A DNA stretch of 63,728 nt, the filler included, from Klebsormidium nitens (taxonomy: Eukaryota > Plantae > Klebsormidiophyceae), in the NCBI GenBank assembly GCA_000708835.1. It is 7 parts of 7 records of this genome, joined end to end, with 100 filler letters (N's around TTAATTAATTAA, not from the genome) between each part and the next. Parts side by side here need not be neighbours in the genome. Positions count along the whole stretch, not along the records: positions 50,105 to 53,364 come from DF238476.1; positions 53,465 to 56,633 come from DF238601.1; positions 56,734 to 62,157 come from DF238425.1; 4 more parts are not named here. One strand, 5' to 3'. Below, in pieces: positions 50,597-62,157 of this stretch. Position 1 is the first letter of the stretch. Each line of letters begins with the position of its first letter. Under the pieces are notes generated by a model. The model saw only the letters and a list, made by a program, of their open reading frames with translations, searched no databases and had not been told where the DNA came from. Both the position numbers and the translations under genes were made by a program.

Positions 50597-51560
50597 ATTG
50601 TTGAGATTGGGCTGGATTTGTGTGGGTTTCATTCGTCATCGTAGTGCCCGGCACACATGCTCATCCGTCTTGATGGCAACCATGCATCCTAAGAAGAACA
50701 CACGAAGCGCCTCACAAGCGGCTTCGTTCGCTCCACAACTTCTCTTAAATTGATGTATGACAATAGTGTTTCTCTTTACTATTGTCTCACGGACCTCTCT
50801 TTCTACTAGGCTCACTAGCCTAAGTCACACACTACTAGGCTCACTAGCCTAGATCACACGCACACTCTAACTGTGCCGTACGATCACTAATCCACGGCTC
50901 ACATTGACGGTTCCCCCAACCGCCTAACCGTTTACCTCGTCGAAACCCTAAGTCGGTCCGAACCCTAATCACAATAATTCGGCGGATCATAAGCACCCGA
51001 CTTCTGATCAGACTTTGGTGATTTAGGTCGGCGGCATTATAGTATAATTAGGGCTAACCGAACTCTGATCAGAATTGGGTGATTTAGGATAAGCCGCATT
51101 ATAGGGTGATTCGGGTTCGATCCGTGTAGCGTTTGAACTACTAAGCACCAACGTCCTTGTACAGCGGTTGGGCGCTTAATTTTACAAACCTCTCTTAAAA
51201 ACGTGTATCACGGAGTGGTTTCTTCCACTATAGGTCTTACAAGTTTCTCCCGTTTCACTAGGCCGGTAGCCTTCTAGGGTCACTAGCTTAAGTCACACAG
51301 TCGAACAGAGCTAAACTAAATTTACTAGCCTAGCTCACTGTCACGCTCAATCCGATTAGCCTTCGATATCCCCATCTACGGCTTACACTGACGGTCCTCT
51401 CAGTCGCCTAACCTTCAAACCGCTTAACGAGAGAAGGAAGCCGCTTGTGAAGCATTTCGTGTGTTCCTCTTAGGATGCATGGCTGCCATCAATGAATGAT
51501 GAGCTAGGGTGCTGGGCAACCGATAAATCCGGATGACGAGTGCTCAATTACACCAAGGCC
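50597..51560. mobile_element. Decayed LTR-like copies in opposite orientation, with internal direct repeats
   Basis: 50597 begins TGTTGAGATTGGGCTGGATTTG, the reverse complement of the LTR end at 55343-55365 (one mismatch). 50630-50730 is an imperfect inverted repeat of 51430-51545. 50800-50935 resembles 51270-51415. Confidence 0.55.
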
Positions 51561-51824
51561 CTTACCATGAGTTCCAACAAAATGGAACAATTTCTGTGAA
51601 TCGTGGACCAGAACTTGGACTCATATTGGCCGTGAATTAGTAAAGTTGGTCGCAACCCGTGATTGGCTAGCTTATTGCGAGTGCTAGCTATGACCTTATG
51701 ATCATTGGATTGTGGTGGATAATCATACCAATAGATGTTTGTGGGACTTGAGGGCGCTTTTCATGGTGAAAGCGCTTGGGTGAGGGTGCGCAAATCCCTC
51801 AAACATTTCAAGCATGGGCATCTG

Positions 51825-53364
51825 GTTTCAACGAGGTAAGGGCCCACGACAACGCATCCTAGATAAAGGGGGTTGATAAGGTTGTTGGGGAGTTGAGAAG
51901 GAAGAGCTTTGAGTGAGGCTTAAGCGTGGAGTTCTGACGCGCTGCCACTTGAGCAAAATTGGCGCCAGTGTAGCCCAAGTGGCAGCACGTTGATATTCAA
52001 TAAATGTGGAAACCGGTATCTCCGATGCACAACATCCCCCTCAGAGCTCGCCACGCTGGAACCCCAATAGCTGGCGCCCTCTCTTTGCTCTTAGGTTTCT
52101 TTACGCCTATTGCCAACCTTTATGGCGCTGTCTCCTTAAAATCATCTTCGCACTGGAAACTCGAACCCAGATCTGCCCGACCCACTCGGCCTTACGGTAA
52201 CGTCACTCCAACGTCATCCCAATTTCCATATTTTTGTTGCGTTAAGCGGTAAAGAATGCATTATCGCAAACAGGACGGCGGGGATCGACAATATTGTGAT
52301 TCCGCAACTTGGAGGTGTGAATTGGTCGGTATGGAGGGCCAAGTTCCGAGCCCTTTCTGTGTACAAAGAGTCGTATGTTGCCGTTGAGCAACCGAGATTT
52401 GCGGAAGGAAAGGAAAGCGTTAGGTCGAGCAAAGGCTTGGATGATTCTCCACACTCAAAATGCCTGTGTAAAGTTGTTCATTTCGAATTTTCGGCTGCCA
52501 AAGCTCAAAGAAACTCGAGGAATAATTTGAGAAGACGAGCAACGCAAGGCTTGTGCAACTTAGGAACAAGTTGACAAGCTTGACATTGATCCGGAAAAAG
52601 AGCATTGCAGAGTACGTAGGGGATTTCCGCGAGGTTAAGGTGGACGTGAAGACCGCGGGTCAAAACCGCTTTTGACGTAGGGTTGGCAGTCCATGCTCTG
52701 AATGGTTTGCCAAAAAGCATGTAACTCAGTTGAATTTTGAGGGTTGAGTGAAGAGAAAATGATGTAGGACACAAAGTAGCCACAACTCTTGCAGAAACAC
52801 CAAAATCTAGAGATGGAAGCGGAAATCGGAGCTCCGGAGGAGAAGGAGGAGAAGAGTATGGGGAACGCATTTGTTGCCAAGCGGGAACGATATGAGACCG
52901 TTACCAAGGAGTCGGGTGAGAAAGAAGGTTACATTGGAAGGGAGAAGGGTGACGCCGGTTCCCGGGGCGAGGACTTGCGATGCTTGCGGATGGAATATAA
53001 GGGCCACGTCTGGACCATTGCCGCAAGCGGAACGGGGAGTGCTCAAACTGTGGGGCGACGAACCACATAAGCTTGATGTGAAGAAAGTCCCAAGATGGCG
53101 CAAAGAGGGGCGGTGAGGACCGCTCGAATTGGAAGACGTGCGTGCTCGTTTGGCATTCACATCGTGGCGCATAAGAGGGGCGGGAGCCGGCGGTGTGTAG
53201 CTTGTTGAGTCGGGAAGCACCCAACACATTATGCCGGATAAGAGGCATTACGAGAGGCCTGCGAGTGCGGAGAAGATTGAGGGGCTTGAGGGAAAACCCT
53301 TGACGGCGATGGGAATTGGGAAACTTGTTTTGGAGTGCGAAACTCCAAATAGGACGAGCACGGT
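51825..53364 (+). mobile_element. Ty1/copia remnant: PBS, gag, zinc knuckle, protease (frameshifted)
   Basis: PBS-like GGTAAGGGCCCAC at 51835. Gag GGVNWSVWRAKFRAL at about 52313. Decayed knuckle RCLRMEYKGHVWTIA at about 52980. Protease VESGSTQHIMPDK...KPLTAMGIGKLVL at 53203-53335. Confidence 0.8.
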
Positions 53365-53639
53365 NNNNNNNNNNNNNNNNNNNNNNNNNNNNNNNNNNNN
53401 NNNNNNNNTTAATTAATTAANNNNNNNNNNNNNNNNNNNNNNNNNNNNNNNNNNNNNNNNNNNNGAATCTCAACAGACACCCTTGAACTTGGGGGGCTTC
53501 AATCCACGTTTCGCTAGACAACACTAGCGCCCCATCCCCCGGGGCCGCACCTGGAAGCTCAGATCCCCCTAAAGAACAAGAGGGTCGCGAAGAAGACGGT
53601 GCCGGACGTGAGGGGTCTGCTTATGGTGGGCTGCGTGGG

Positions 53640-54560
53640 GTGCAGGGGGGGGCAAGTGCAGAGGCTGCAGACGAATGGGGGATCCCAAGCAGAACCTATG
53701 AGTTTAGTGTCACTATTGAGGAGGAGGGGCGCGATGTGCCGCCGGATTTTGAGGAGAACTTGAGGGAATTTGTCGATGCTGATTGCAACCGGGCATACTG
53801 TGGGCAAGAGAGGGGGTCTACCGAGGAGAATCTGCACTGGTAGTGTGTCATGTCCACCAAGCTGGGCATATCTCTCAAAGGATTACACACGATGGTCAAA
53901 AAGGTTGTTCCGGCACTAGGGGGTGGAATAGCAAAGGGCGAAGATGAGGAATTCGCGAATCTCGGGACCGGGGAAAGCGCCCCGGTACGCCCACATGAAA
54001 GTCACGACAATGACGCACAAGTCTGAATTGCATGCCTTTGGTGGGTAGGTGGGGTATTGCTCCAAGGATACGGAGGAGCCGCATTTCAAGTGTGTACACA
54101 AGAGGGTATCCATCGAGTTGCTCCGGAGGGATCGTGACATCCACTTGGCACTTGGAGGTACGTATCCTCCAACTCCAAGAAGACAACCCCTTAGGCACGT
54201 TTCCTACAATTTCCGCTTTTTCTGAGGAATACTCAAAGCCATTGTACATAAGCCGACCTCGTATGCTCCTTTTCATTGCAGATATGAAGGGCCGGTATCC
54301 CCCTATGCCCGAAAACAAATGATTCTTGCGTATATTTTTTAGAAGACATGTTGCACTCGGACCAGGGATGGGTAAAGATAGTACGAGGGTCTGGAGCAGA
54401 TGCTCAAGACCGGGAAATTCTATTTGGGATATATGTGGCTGGAGGGTAGGTACAAATTGGAAGCGGAGCAAGTCGAGTCGCTCTTGAAAATCATGGTGAA
54501 GCCTAGGTCTGAGAAGGCAGAGAAGGACTGGATATATGCCACATTTTACAAAGATGATAG
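53640..54560 (+). mobile_element. Decayed HUH-endonuclease Rep without helicase (Replitron-like transposon)
   Basis: Motif I YEFSVTI (53697), motif II ERGSTEENLHW*CV (His 53835, TAG in place of Gln), motif III LHAFGG*VGYCSKD (Tyr 54055, after a frameshift), and downstream LEQMLKTGKFYLGYMW. No Walker A visible. Confidence 0.7.
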
Positions 54561-55342
54561 GCCAGGTGGTGCCTGGTAGATACGGCGTAGGTACTTGGTA
54601 AGAACCACGAATTGTTGTGTGCACTCTTGCACTGCTTAAAATGTACTCACGCACTTTATCTACCGGGACTATCCATGTACATTTTCTTTCGCCGCGGTAC
54701 ATACCATTGAAGTTTTGTCGCGCCATGAGGTACATGCCTCCTACGGTATGTATTTGTCAGAAAATGCAAGTCAGACACTTTTTTATGTGGACCCTTAGTG
54801 AAATGCTATTTGCGACATAACTCAGCATGTTATATGTATGTCAGACTGGCGTTACAAATGGTAGGGCAGAATCCGGGAAAATAGCGCCACTATATACGAC
54901 AAACCAGGCTATCAGTATACACCTAGACTTGGAGTGTGACTCTACGTGAGCGAGTCTAGCGTAGCACTGGGACTAAATAGCTTTAGCGCCGCTAGACTCC
55001 GAACACTCGATATGTATTCTATGAGGTTGATCATTCGATCATTCATTCCCAACAACGCCGTGTTTCAACATGATTCCTCATTAGAGTGTAAAGCATAACA
55101 CTACCTTACAACCATTACATCAATGAAGTAAGTAAGTATCACTGACTTACGGTCGACCAAAATATTCTCACTTTTTGAACCGTACGTATTACGTAAGTTT
55201 GAGTCGCCGTTACTCAAATCGCGAGTACTATTTGCGAATTTTGAAACGCCTTCCGACGATATCGCGGCGGGCCGAGTCGGAATGGATTCGGCCGTATCCC
55301 ACTCTAGGTAGCTTGTGCACGATGAGACACGCGGACGAGTTG

Positions 55343-55760
55343 ACAAATCCAACCCAATCTCAACATGTTATGGGCCCACTACCACGGAGACAAGATCAAA
55401 GTTCACACAGGACGAAGGTAGCCGTCTAGTGTAAGGGCTGAATCGTGCAAACGAGGATGACAGGCGCTGAAAATCTCAATCCCGCAATTGAGAGGAGTGA
55501 TTTGGTCAGTATGGAAGGCCAAGTTTTAGGCGTTTATGGAGTGCAAGGGCCTTTTCGTGGCCATTGAGCTACCAGAGTCCGCGCATAGGAGGAGAGCGTT
55601 GGGGCAAGCAAAGGCGTTGATATCTTGCATATTCAAATAATCAAGATGCCTTCGTGAAGCTGACCTTAGGTGAGCGCACTGCAACAAAAGTATGGCAGAA
55701 GTTAAAGCGGATCTTTGAGAAGACGAGCGATGCCGCAAGGGTAGCTGTATTGAAATCAAG
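55343..55760 (+). mobile_element. Second Ty1/copia remnant: LTR 3' end, PBS and gag fragment
   Basis: ...CCCAATCTCAACA (55365) is directly followed by TGTTATGGGCCCA. Gag GVIWSVWKAKF*AFMECKGL...KVWQKLKRIFEKTSDAAR is paralogous to 52310-52560. Confidence 0.8.
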
Positions 55761-56099
55761 CGCCTTTCAAGTAAGCACAACTACTAGGAATGATTAGACA
55801 CCACGTGATATTTTTCATAGCTAGGTCTCGAAATCAGCTAGCCTACCACGGGTTCCGACCCTACCTACTAATCCACGGCCTATATGAGTATAAATTTCGA
55901 TCCACCGTTCACCAATTTGGTTCCACTTTGAATGGAACCAATCCCGTATCAATTCCTCTGATCCGTCGATATCCTCCAGCCGCTGACTCAATCTAGTACA
56001 CTCGAGATTTGGACACTTTCAACCTATACCATCGATATTCGATTCAATGGTCACTTTGATTGGTCCAAGATGAACACGGAACACGCATCCATACGTCGA

Positions 56100-56480
56100 T
56101 GTTGGCGATATACTCGACTTCCAAGCCGAGAATCGTACCGCGATAATCGGACCTCACAGCTCAGTCGACCAGCTACGAATATACCCAAGATGTTTGATCT
56201 TATTTAGCCTAGTATTCCGTCTAAAGCCAACACTCCCCTCCGGTCTTGAGTATTCCAAGCCATTTCTATCTCTACCTCACATTCTGCAAACTTTTTGGGT
56301 GCCAACGCCTTGGTCAAAATGTCTTCCTTCATCGCGGTCCTCCGCCTCGCAATACGCAAACTCGACCTCCATTCTTGCCTTCCGCTCCCGCGCAGAGTGA
56401 TGTGTCACGTTGATGTGCTTCGCCACTGCAAAGTTGTTGGAAACACAGCGTTGTTGAAGGTGATATACAATCAATCATAT
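56100..56480 (-). mobile_element. Ty1/copia 3' end: RNase H tail, polypurine tract and a 133-bp LTR
   Basis: AKHINVTHHSARE...YCEAED and DILTKAL (copia RNase H end). PPT GGAGGGGAG abuts TGTTGGC at 56232. The LTR at 56100-56232 has 7-bp inverted termini TGTTGGC/GCCAACA. Confidence 0.8.
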
Positions 56481-57480
56481 TCACAGAATGTGTATGGAGT
56501 GTTTCGATTCACGGCCTATCTCTTGTTGAAATCATTCACTCATGCTTGTCACAAGCTAGGGTCTAACTGTTGAAACTCATGGTAGGGAATCGTGGTGTAG
56601 TTGAGATGCTCGTCATCGGGTCTTATCGTGTTGNNNNNNNNNNNNNNNNNNNNNNNNNNNNNNNNNNNNNNNNNNNNTTAATTAATTAANNNNNNNNNNN
56701 NNNNNNNNNNNNNNNNNNNNNNNNNNNNNNNNNGTGTGACCGTGTCCAACCGTCACACAAAGAAAAGACAGTCGCAAAAGTACTATTGATACTGAACGAC
56801 TTAAGCGAGTCAGCATATCTGAAAAACCACGCTTGTCCAACCGAGCTTATGGTGGAAAGAAATGTGACAAGTTACATATTATTCCCCGCTTTTAACAACC
56901 TAGAAGCATACAGATTATTGAGCGCGTCTCAACTTCCAGTACAATTCCGCTCTTGGCTTGAACGCTTTCTACATTACAGAGGTTGCATTCTCAGAATAGG
57001 TTGTAAAATTCATGAACATTTGGCGTCTTCATGTCAAAAGCTGTGGCAGTTTAGATGTTCCAAAATGGCAATATTGGAGGCAATGATTTTCGTGCTCGAT
57101 TTTCCTCTTTTGCGCGACCAGTGCCCCTTCACGAACTAAATGATGACGATTTTGCTGCAAACAAAAAACTAGAATTTCTCGCATCCAAAAATGCCACCAA
57201 ATCAGGGACCGTTAAAAAGGGAAAACAAAAGTTGATTCAAGCTGAATAACGATTTCATTCATCTTCGAACTTATCATTTATGAAAATTACCACTGAAAAC
57301 AAATCTATTCCTTTCAAACGAAAAAGGCTAACGTCAGGATCGAACCAAAACCATAAAAAGACACATATGGTACCACTTACAAATCAAGTGCCACTACAAT
57401 CCGTCTAATCATCACCGCTGATGCTCCAACAGTCACACCAGTCGAATTTTGTGCCACAAAGCGACATATTCACGGAAAGT

Positions 57481-57925
57481 TTCATGCGACATAGCATTGA
57501 CTCAGATGGCAATTGTCTCTTCCGGTCAATCTTTGTTGCACAATGCATGCCCGGGATTCAACATATTAAACTGCAACGGATATGCGTCTATCGGATAGCT
57601 GCAAATTGGGAAACATATTCATTATATGCAAACTTCTGCAATAAACCTGATCGCCCAGATGCTCCAGACGTGCAAAATGTTCATCCCTTCCCAATGTTCC
57701 CAAAACGCTGAAGCTTGCACGAATTATATGAGCCAAGATGGTATATGGGGCACTCAACTTGAGATCAATGTCATAGCATAACTACTTCAACTTCCGATTT
57801 TAATATGGAAGCTGGCCCACAAGAAGACCAATGGACATCATAAATTACAATATGCAAACGAATCGATCAGCAAATATGATACATATCATTCATTGTAATG
57901 GCAATCATTACGAAGCTCTTACTTA
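57481..57925 (+). pseudogene. OTU-like cysteine protease relic
   Basis: IDSDGNCLFRSI (Cys 57514), YMSQDGIWGTQLEINVIA*LLQLPILIW and IIHCNGNHYEAL (His 57906). These lie in three different frames with one stop. Confidence 0.8.
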
Positions 57926-59841
57926 TTCAAGTCATCCAGATATCAATGTGTCACGAACGCACGAACTTGATGTACAATAATTGGCCGGACGTTGTCTTAT
58001 CCAAATACTAAGTCAAGAACAAGCAACTCAATCAAAAATACTACCATATCTAAGATTTGCAGGAAACGTCTTTCATCAATAATCAACCTTAATGCATGTA
58101 AAATGGAAAAACAACGAGTTTCTATTGGTAACTCAAATGCCATGATGATCATATTAGAGCTTGGGCCAATCAGAATGCAAGCAATCACTTTTACGAATAC
58201 GAGCAGAACAACATTATGCATTGTCCTCTTTGACAGAGATAACGGCATTTTCAAACGCCTCGCTCCTGATGGATGCAACACTTTGACACGGCGGCCGCAG
58301 AAACGTCGCTGTAAACCGACATGAGGTCCAGAGAGAGCCTCACATTATCTTGTACTTTTCTTTATTTTGCGCATCTATATTCTGACACTAGAGTATGACG
58401 TTTCGGCAGCAGAAAAAGTAAAAGGATATAGCGCTTGAATATGAGTGTCAAAAAAAAAATGCTAAATCGCGGTGCGGTGTGAATGCTCGGTTTTGCAAGG
58501 TACAGGGGAGGCGCCGTGCCGCATAGGTTCTTGTTTCTGATTTATTTACACTCGGGATTGTGCCCTAGATAAGTCAGATACAAATTGGCCAGTTACTTCA
58601 ATAGCTTATGATTTTCTCTATATGTTTACAACTGTTACTCGACATATACAGGCGGCCGTGGGCACCGCACTTCCAATTCAGTGCGACACTGCTTTGTTTG
58701 CACGCGAGGAACACGCGGGTGAGGAATGACGGCAGGGTAGGCTGCGGGTAGCAATAGCGGTACCCCATGTGCACAATCGTCAGTGTTAAATTGTACTCAC
58801 GCTTGTCGTTTGTAGTGTGAATGGGGGCCCCTACAAAAAAGATTTTCGGGGCATCGGACCCAGAAAGCCGTGGAAAATCCAGCTCAAGCACTCTCAGACC
58901 TAAAAGCGGCCACTGAGTGGCCTTCGATGGATAAATTGCGCTTAATAGAGTGATCCATTCTGGAGCGCCACTTCGCCCCATTTCAAAACCGCCAGGGTAA
59001 AAGCACCGAGCTCGTTTTTCCAAGGAAAAAACCGAGCAGGCTAACTTAGGGTCTATACACACAGGGCATGTGAACTTTTGGGCTATTTGCCAAGAACCGA
59101 AGGTGTTGTTTTGCCCAAGTTTACTTTGTCACTTCGGAGGGTATCTTCCGCGCGCAAAACTGGTCCCGTGCGATGGTGAAATTGTCATCGCAAAATTTTA
59201 CTTCTTCACCACGCTCGATCTGGAGCGTGGTGACGATTTGGAACACCGCGGTGTTTTTGCTGACGTATGACCGTACGAGTCGGGGAATTGGAATTGAACA
59301 CCCGCGGTGTTTTCTTGGCGACGGCGGTACCACGACACCAGTGCTATACTGTCGCTCAAAACAAAAAACACCTTCTCTGTGTGAAAGGACCCTAAACTAG
59401 AACGGGACCCTTTTGGGTGAGTCCGCTAGGCATGCTATATGGGGCTTTGTCCGGGCTCATTTCGAAAGCAATCTTTAAAACTACTGAAGACCGTCATAAG
59501 TTGTAGAGTTAAAAATTGTGAACACTGTCAGCCGTCAAAGTAAAGTGGTAGACTTTATCTATAATCGAACGGGCTAGACTTACCGAAAGAACCCAACTAT
59601 TTGATCGACGGCCTGCGACAGAAGCGCCGAGAATCGCCGACTGTCGCAAACCGTCGATATAAGCCACGGACGGACAGGATAAATCGTAAAAATTGTAACC
59701 CAAAGTCAATAAATGTAAGTCCGGTTTAGCTTAGAAACACTCCTCTGCCTATGCGAGGCAGCTTTTTAAAGGTTTGTATGACTTACGATACTGAGTAGAA
59801 ACCGTCTTCAGCAATTTCCTGAGCATACATCATTCGACGCG

Positions 59842-61699
59842 ATGAACGAAGCGATCCGCCGCTCCCTCGAGAACCGAGAGCGGGCGAGGTCGTTGGCGGA
59901 GGAAGAGGCCCGCCAGCTTCGCAACGCGATCGCCGCGTCGATGAGGAACGAGCAATATCGTCGATGGCGGGAGGAGCGAGGCTCGAGGGACGACGGTGCG
60001 GGCCCCTCGACGCAGCAGCCTCGGAAGCGCGACGACCCGGATGATAGAGGGAATGTCCTCGCCAAGAAGCACCGCAGAGTGATGGAGGCGGGCTACGTCC
60101 TGAACACGTCAGACTTCGGGAACAAGCTGGATCAGGCCTCGCAGAGGGAGATCGCTTACAAGCAGCTGGACCTCCCTAGGTTGAACTCCGGTTTCGCGGT
60201 CCCCCTCGTGGCCGATCCTCAGGGGCTTTGCGCGCGGCGGGGTTACGATCTCCGGACGAACTACGGCCTGGTGCTGCAGCCATATCAGGTCAAGGCCGTG
60301 TGTCTCATCATGAGGCCGAACATCCGGGGCATGTTCTTGAACTACGGGATGGGCGCGGGCAAGACGTTGACGGCCGTCGCCTGCGCGGACAACCTCTTGC
60401 GGACGGACCCCACTTACTCGAGCATAGTCGTCATCTGTCCCGCCGGGGTCAGGGATCACTTCGAGAGGACCTTCTCGCTCGTGCCCCTGTACGGCAAGGG
60501 CGCCCCGGTGCGTCTCTTGAGCTGGCACGCATTCAGGGGCGTCGTCACCAAGGGCCAGATCATCGAGCTGTGTCTTGGGCTCCATCTTGATCATCGACGA
60601 GGTGCACAACGGCAGGGTCCAGGAGGGGCAGATGGCGTCCAAGGTCGTCCTCGCGTGCAGGGCGGCCCGCAAGGTCATACTGATGTCCGGGACCCCCATC
60701 GTGAACTATCCGAGCGACATCGGCGTCATAGTGAACATGATCCGGGGCCCCAACGCCATACCCAGGACTCGCGAGCAGTTCGACATGACTTTCGGCATCG
60801 GCGGGCTCGAGAAGAACTTCGACCTCCTGCGGCGGGGATTGGAGTGCGCGATGCTCCACCACAGCCGAGACCCGGGCGACCCCAGCTACCCCCGCCGAAT
60901 GAACGCGCCCGGGCACTTTTACGTGATGTCTCCGGCGCAGCGGGAGGCTCACGACCAGCAGCATCCTCCCGACGGCGACGACCACCGGGTCCTGGAGACG
61001 GACCAGTACTTCACGCGCATGAGACAGATCGCCAACGCGGTCTATCTGGACCCGGGGGGCCGACCCCTGCGGGGCGACGAGGACGAGCGCGCCGTCGAAG
61101 ACGCTCTCGAGAATAACAGGTTCGACGCGCCGAAGTTTCGCTCCGCCGTCCGCGCCTTCCTCAGGCGGGGGATGCCCCAGACCATGTTCTACACGCATTG
61201 GCGCCGGCACGGCGTAGACATTCTGGTCAAGCTCCTCCTAGATGCCGGAGCGCCGTTCGGAGTGTACGCAGGAGCGGGGAGGGCCGACGTGGTGCGTCGG
61301 TTCAACGCCCACGCGGGAGATCCCGAGCGGTATCGAGCGATCATCCTCACGGACGCCGGGAGCGAGGGCTTGAACCTGCTGGACACCCGGCAGGTCCACG
61401 TGATGGAGCCGCAATTCAATCGCAGTCGGGTGGAGCAGGTCATCGCGAGGGCCATCAGGAAGGACAGCCACGCCCGACTCCCCCCGGAGGAACGGACGGT
61501 CACCGTGCACGAGCACTTTTGCGTGATGCCCGGGTCCGTCGAGGACGACGCTCGGCTGGTCCCCAGGGTGCCGGGCTGGCTGACAGCCAACTCGGGGGAT
61601 TCGATCGTGCGTCAGATCGCCGAGACCAAGCGAGCGAGGAACGACCTCTTCGTGCGGGAGCTGGAGCGCATCGCCGGTCAGAACGAGGCAACGTGCTGA
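59842..61699 (+). CDS. Nucleocytovirus-type SF2 (D11/D6, SNF2-like) helicase, intronless, split by a 1-nt frameshift at about 60577
   Basis: Walker A MFLNYGMGAGKT, VVICPAGV, Walker B IIDEVHN, LMSGTPIVNYP, LTDAGSEGLNL and EPQFNRSRVEQVIARAIRKDSHARLPPEERTVTVH. Abrupt GC rise at about 59835. Confidence 0.8.
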
Positions 61700-61703
61700 G
61701 GCC

Positions 61704-62157
61704 TCAAGCGTTGTATAGGTTCTGCACCATGGCCAGGCTCGCGGCCGAGGGGGGCAGGGCGATGCGGCCGTCCGCGGGAGGAGGGACGGTCGAGGGACGG
61801 GCCGCCGCGGTCGTCGCGCTGGCGGCTTCCATGCCGAATAGCTGCGGTACGGTCGTGCGCACGGTCGGGGAGACGGCCGGCCCGAGCATGGGTGCCGCCT
61901 GCACCAGGTCCGCGTCAATAGTCGGGACCATCTGGGTTAGGGGAGGGGACACTGTCGTGGTGCCACCGGGAAGGGACGTGATGACGAGGGGACCCGAGGC
62001 GGGATCCAACGGCTCTTGCTGGTTGGTGACGAATCGCGAGTACGAGAGGTCCGACTGGCCGAACGGCCCACGCGTCTCGTCGGCGAAGTATTCCACCCCC
62101 GACCGGCTGCCGATGCACGAGAAGAAGACGGCGGCCACCAGCAGAGCCAGCAGCAGG
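61704..62157 (-). CDS. Small putative membrane protein with Pro/Thr-rich tail, 5'-truncated by the contig end
   Basis: The frame is open to the spacer: LLLALLVAAVFFSCIG...VEYFADE. The stop is 4 bp from the helicase stop, and GC is similarly high. Confidence 0.55.

Noticed and set aside
54158-54281. Possible GT-AG intron in the HUH Rep relic
   Set aside because: The signals exist, but the segment also translates as plausible Rep sequence (ISRPRMLLFIADMK); it cannot be decided by eye.
53465-62157. Replitron, OTU and viral helicase as one linked system
   Set aside because: The Rep relic is on a different contig across an artificial spacer; only the OTU relic and the helicase are physically linked.
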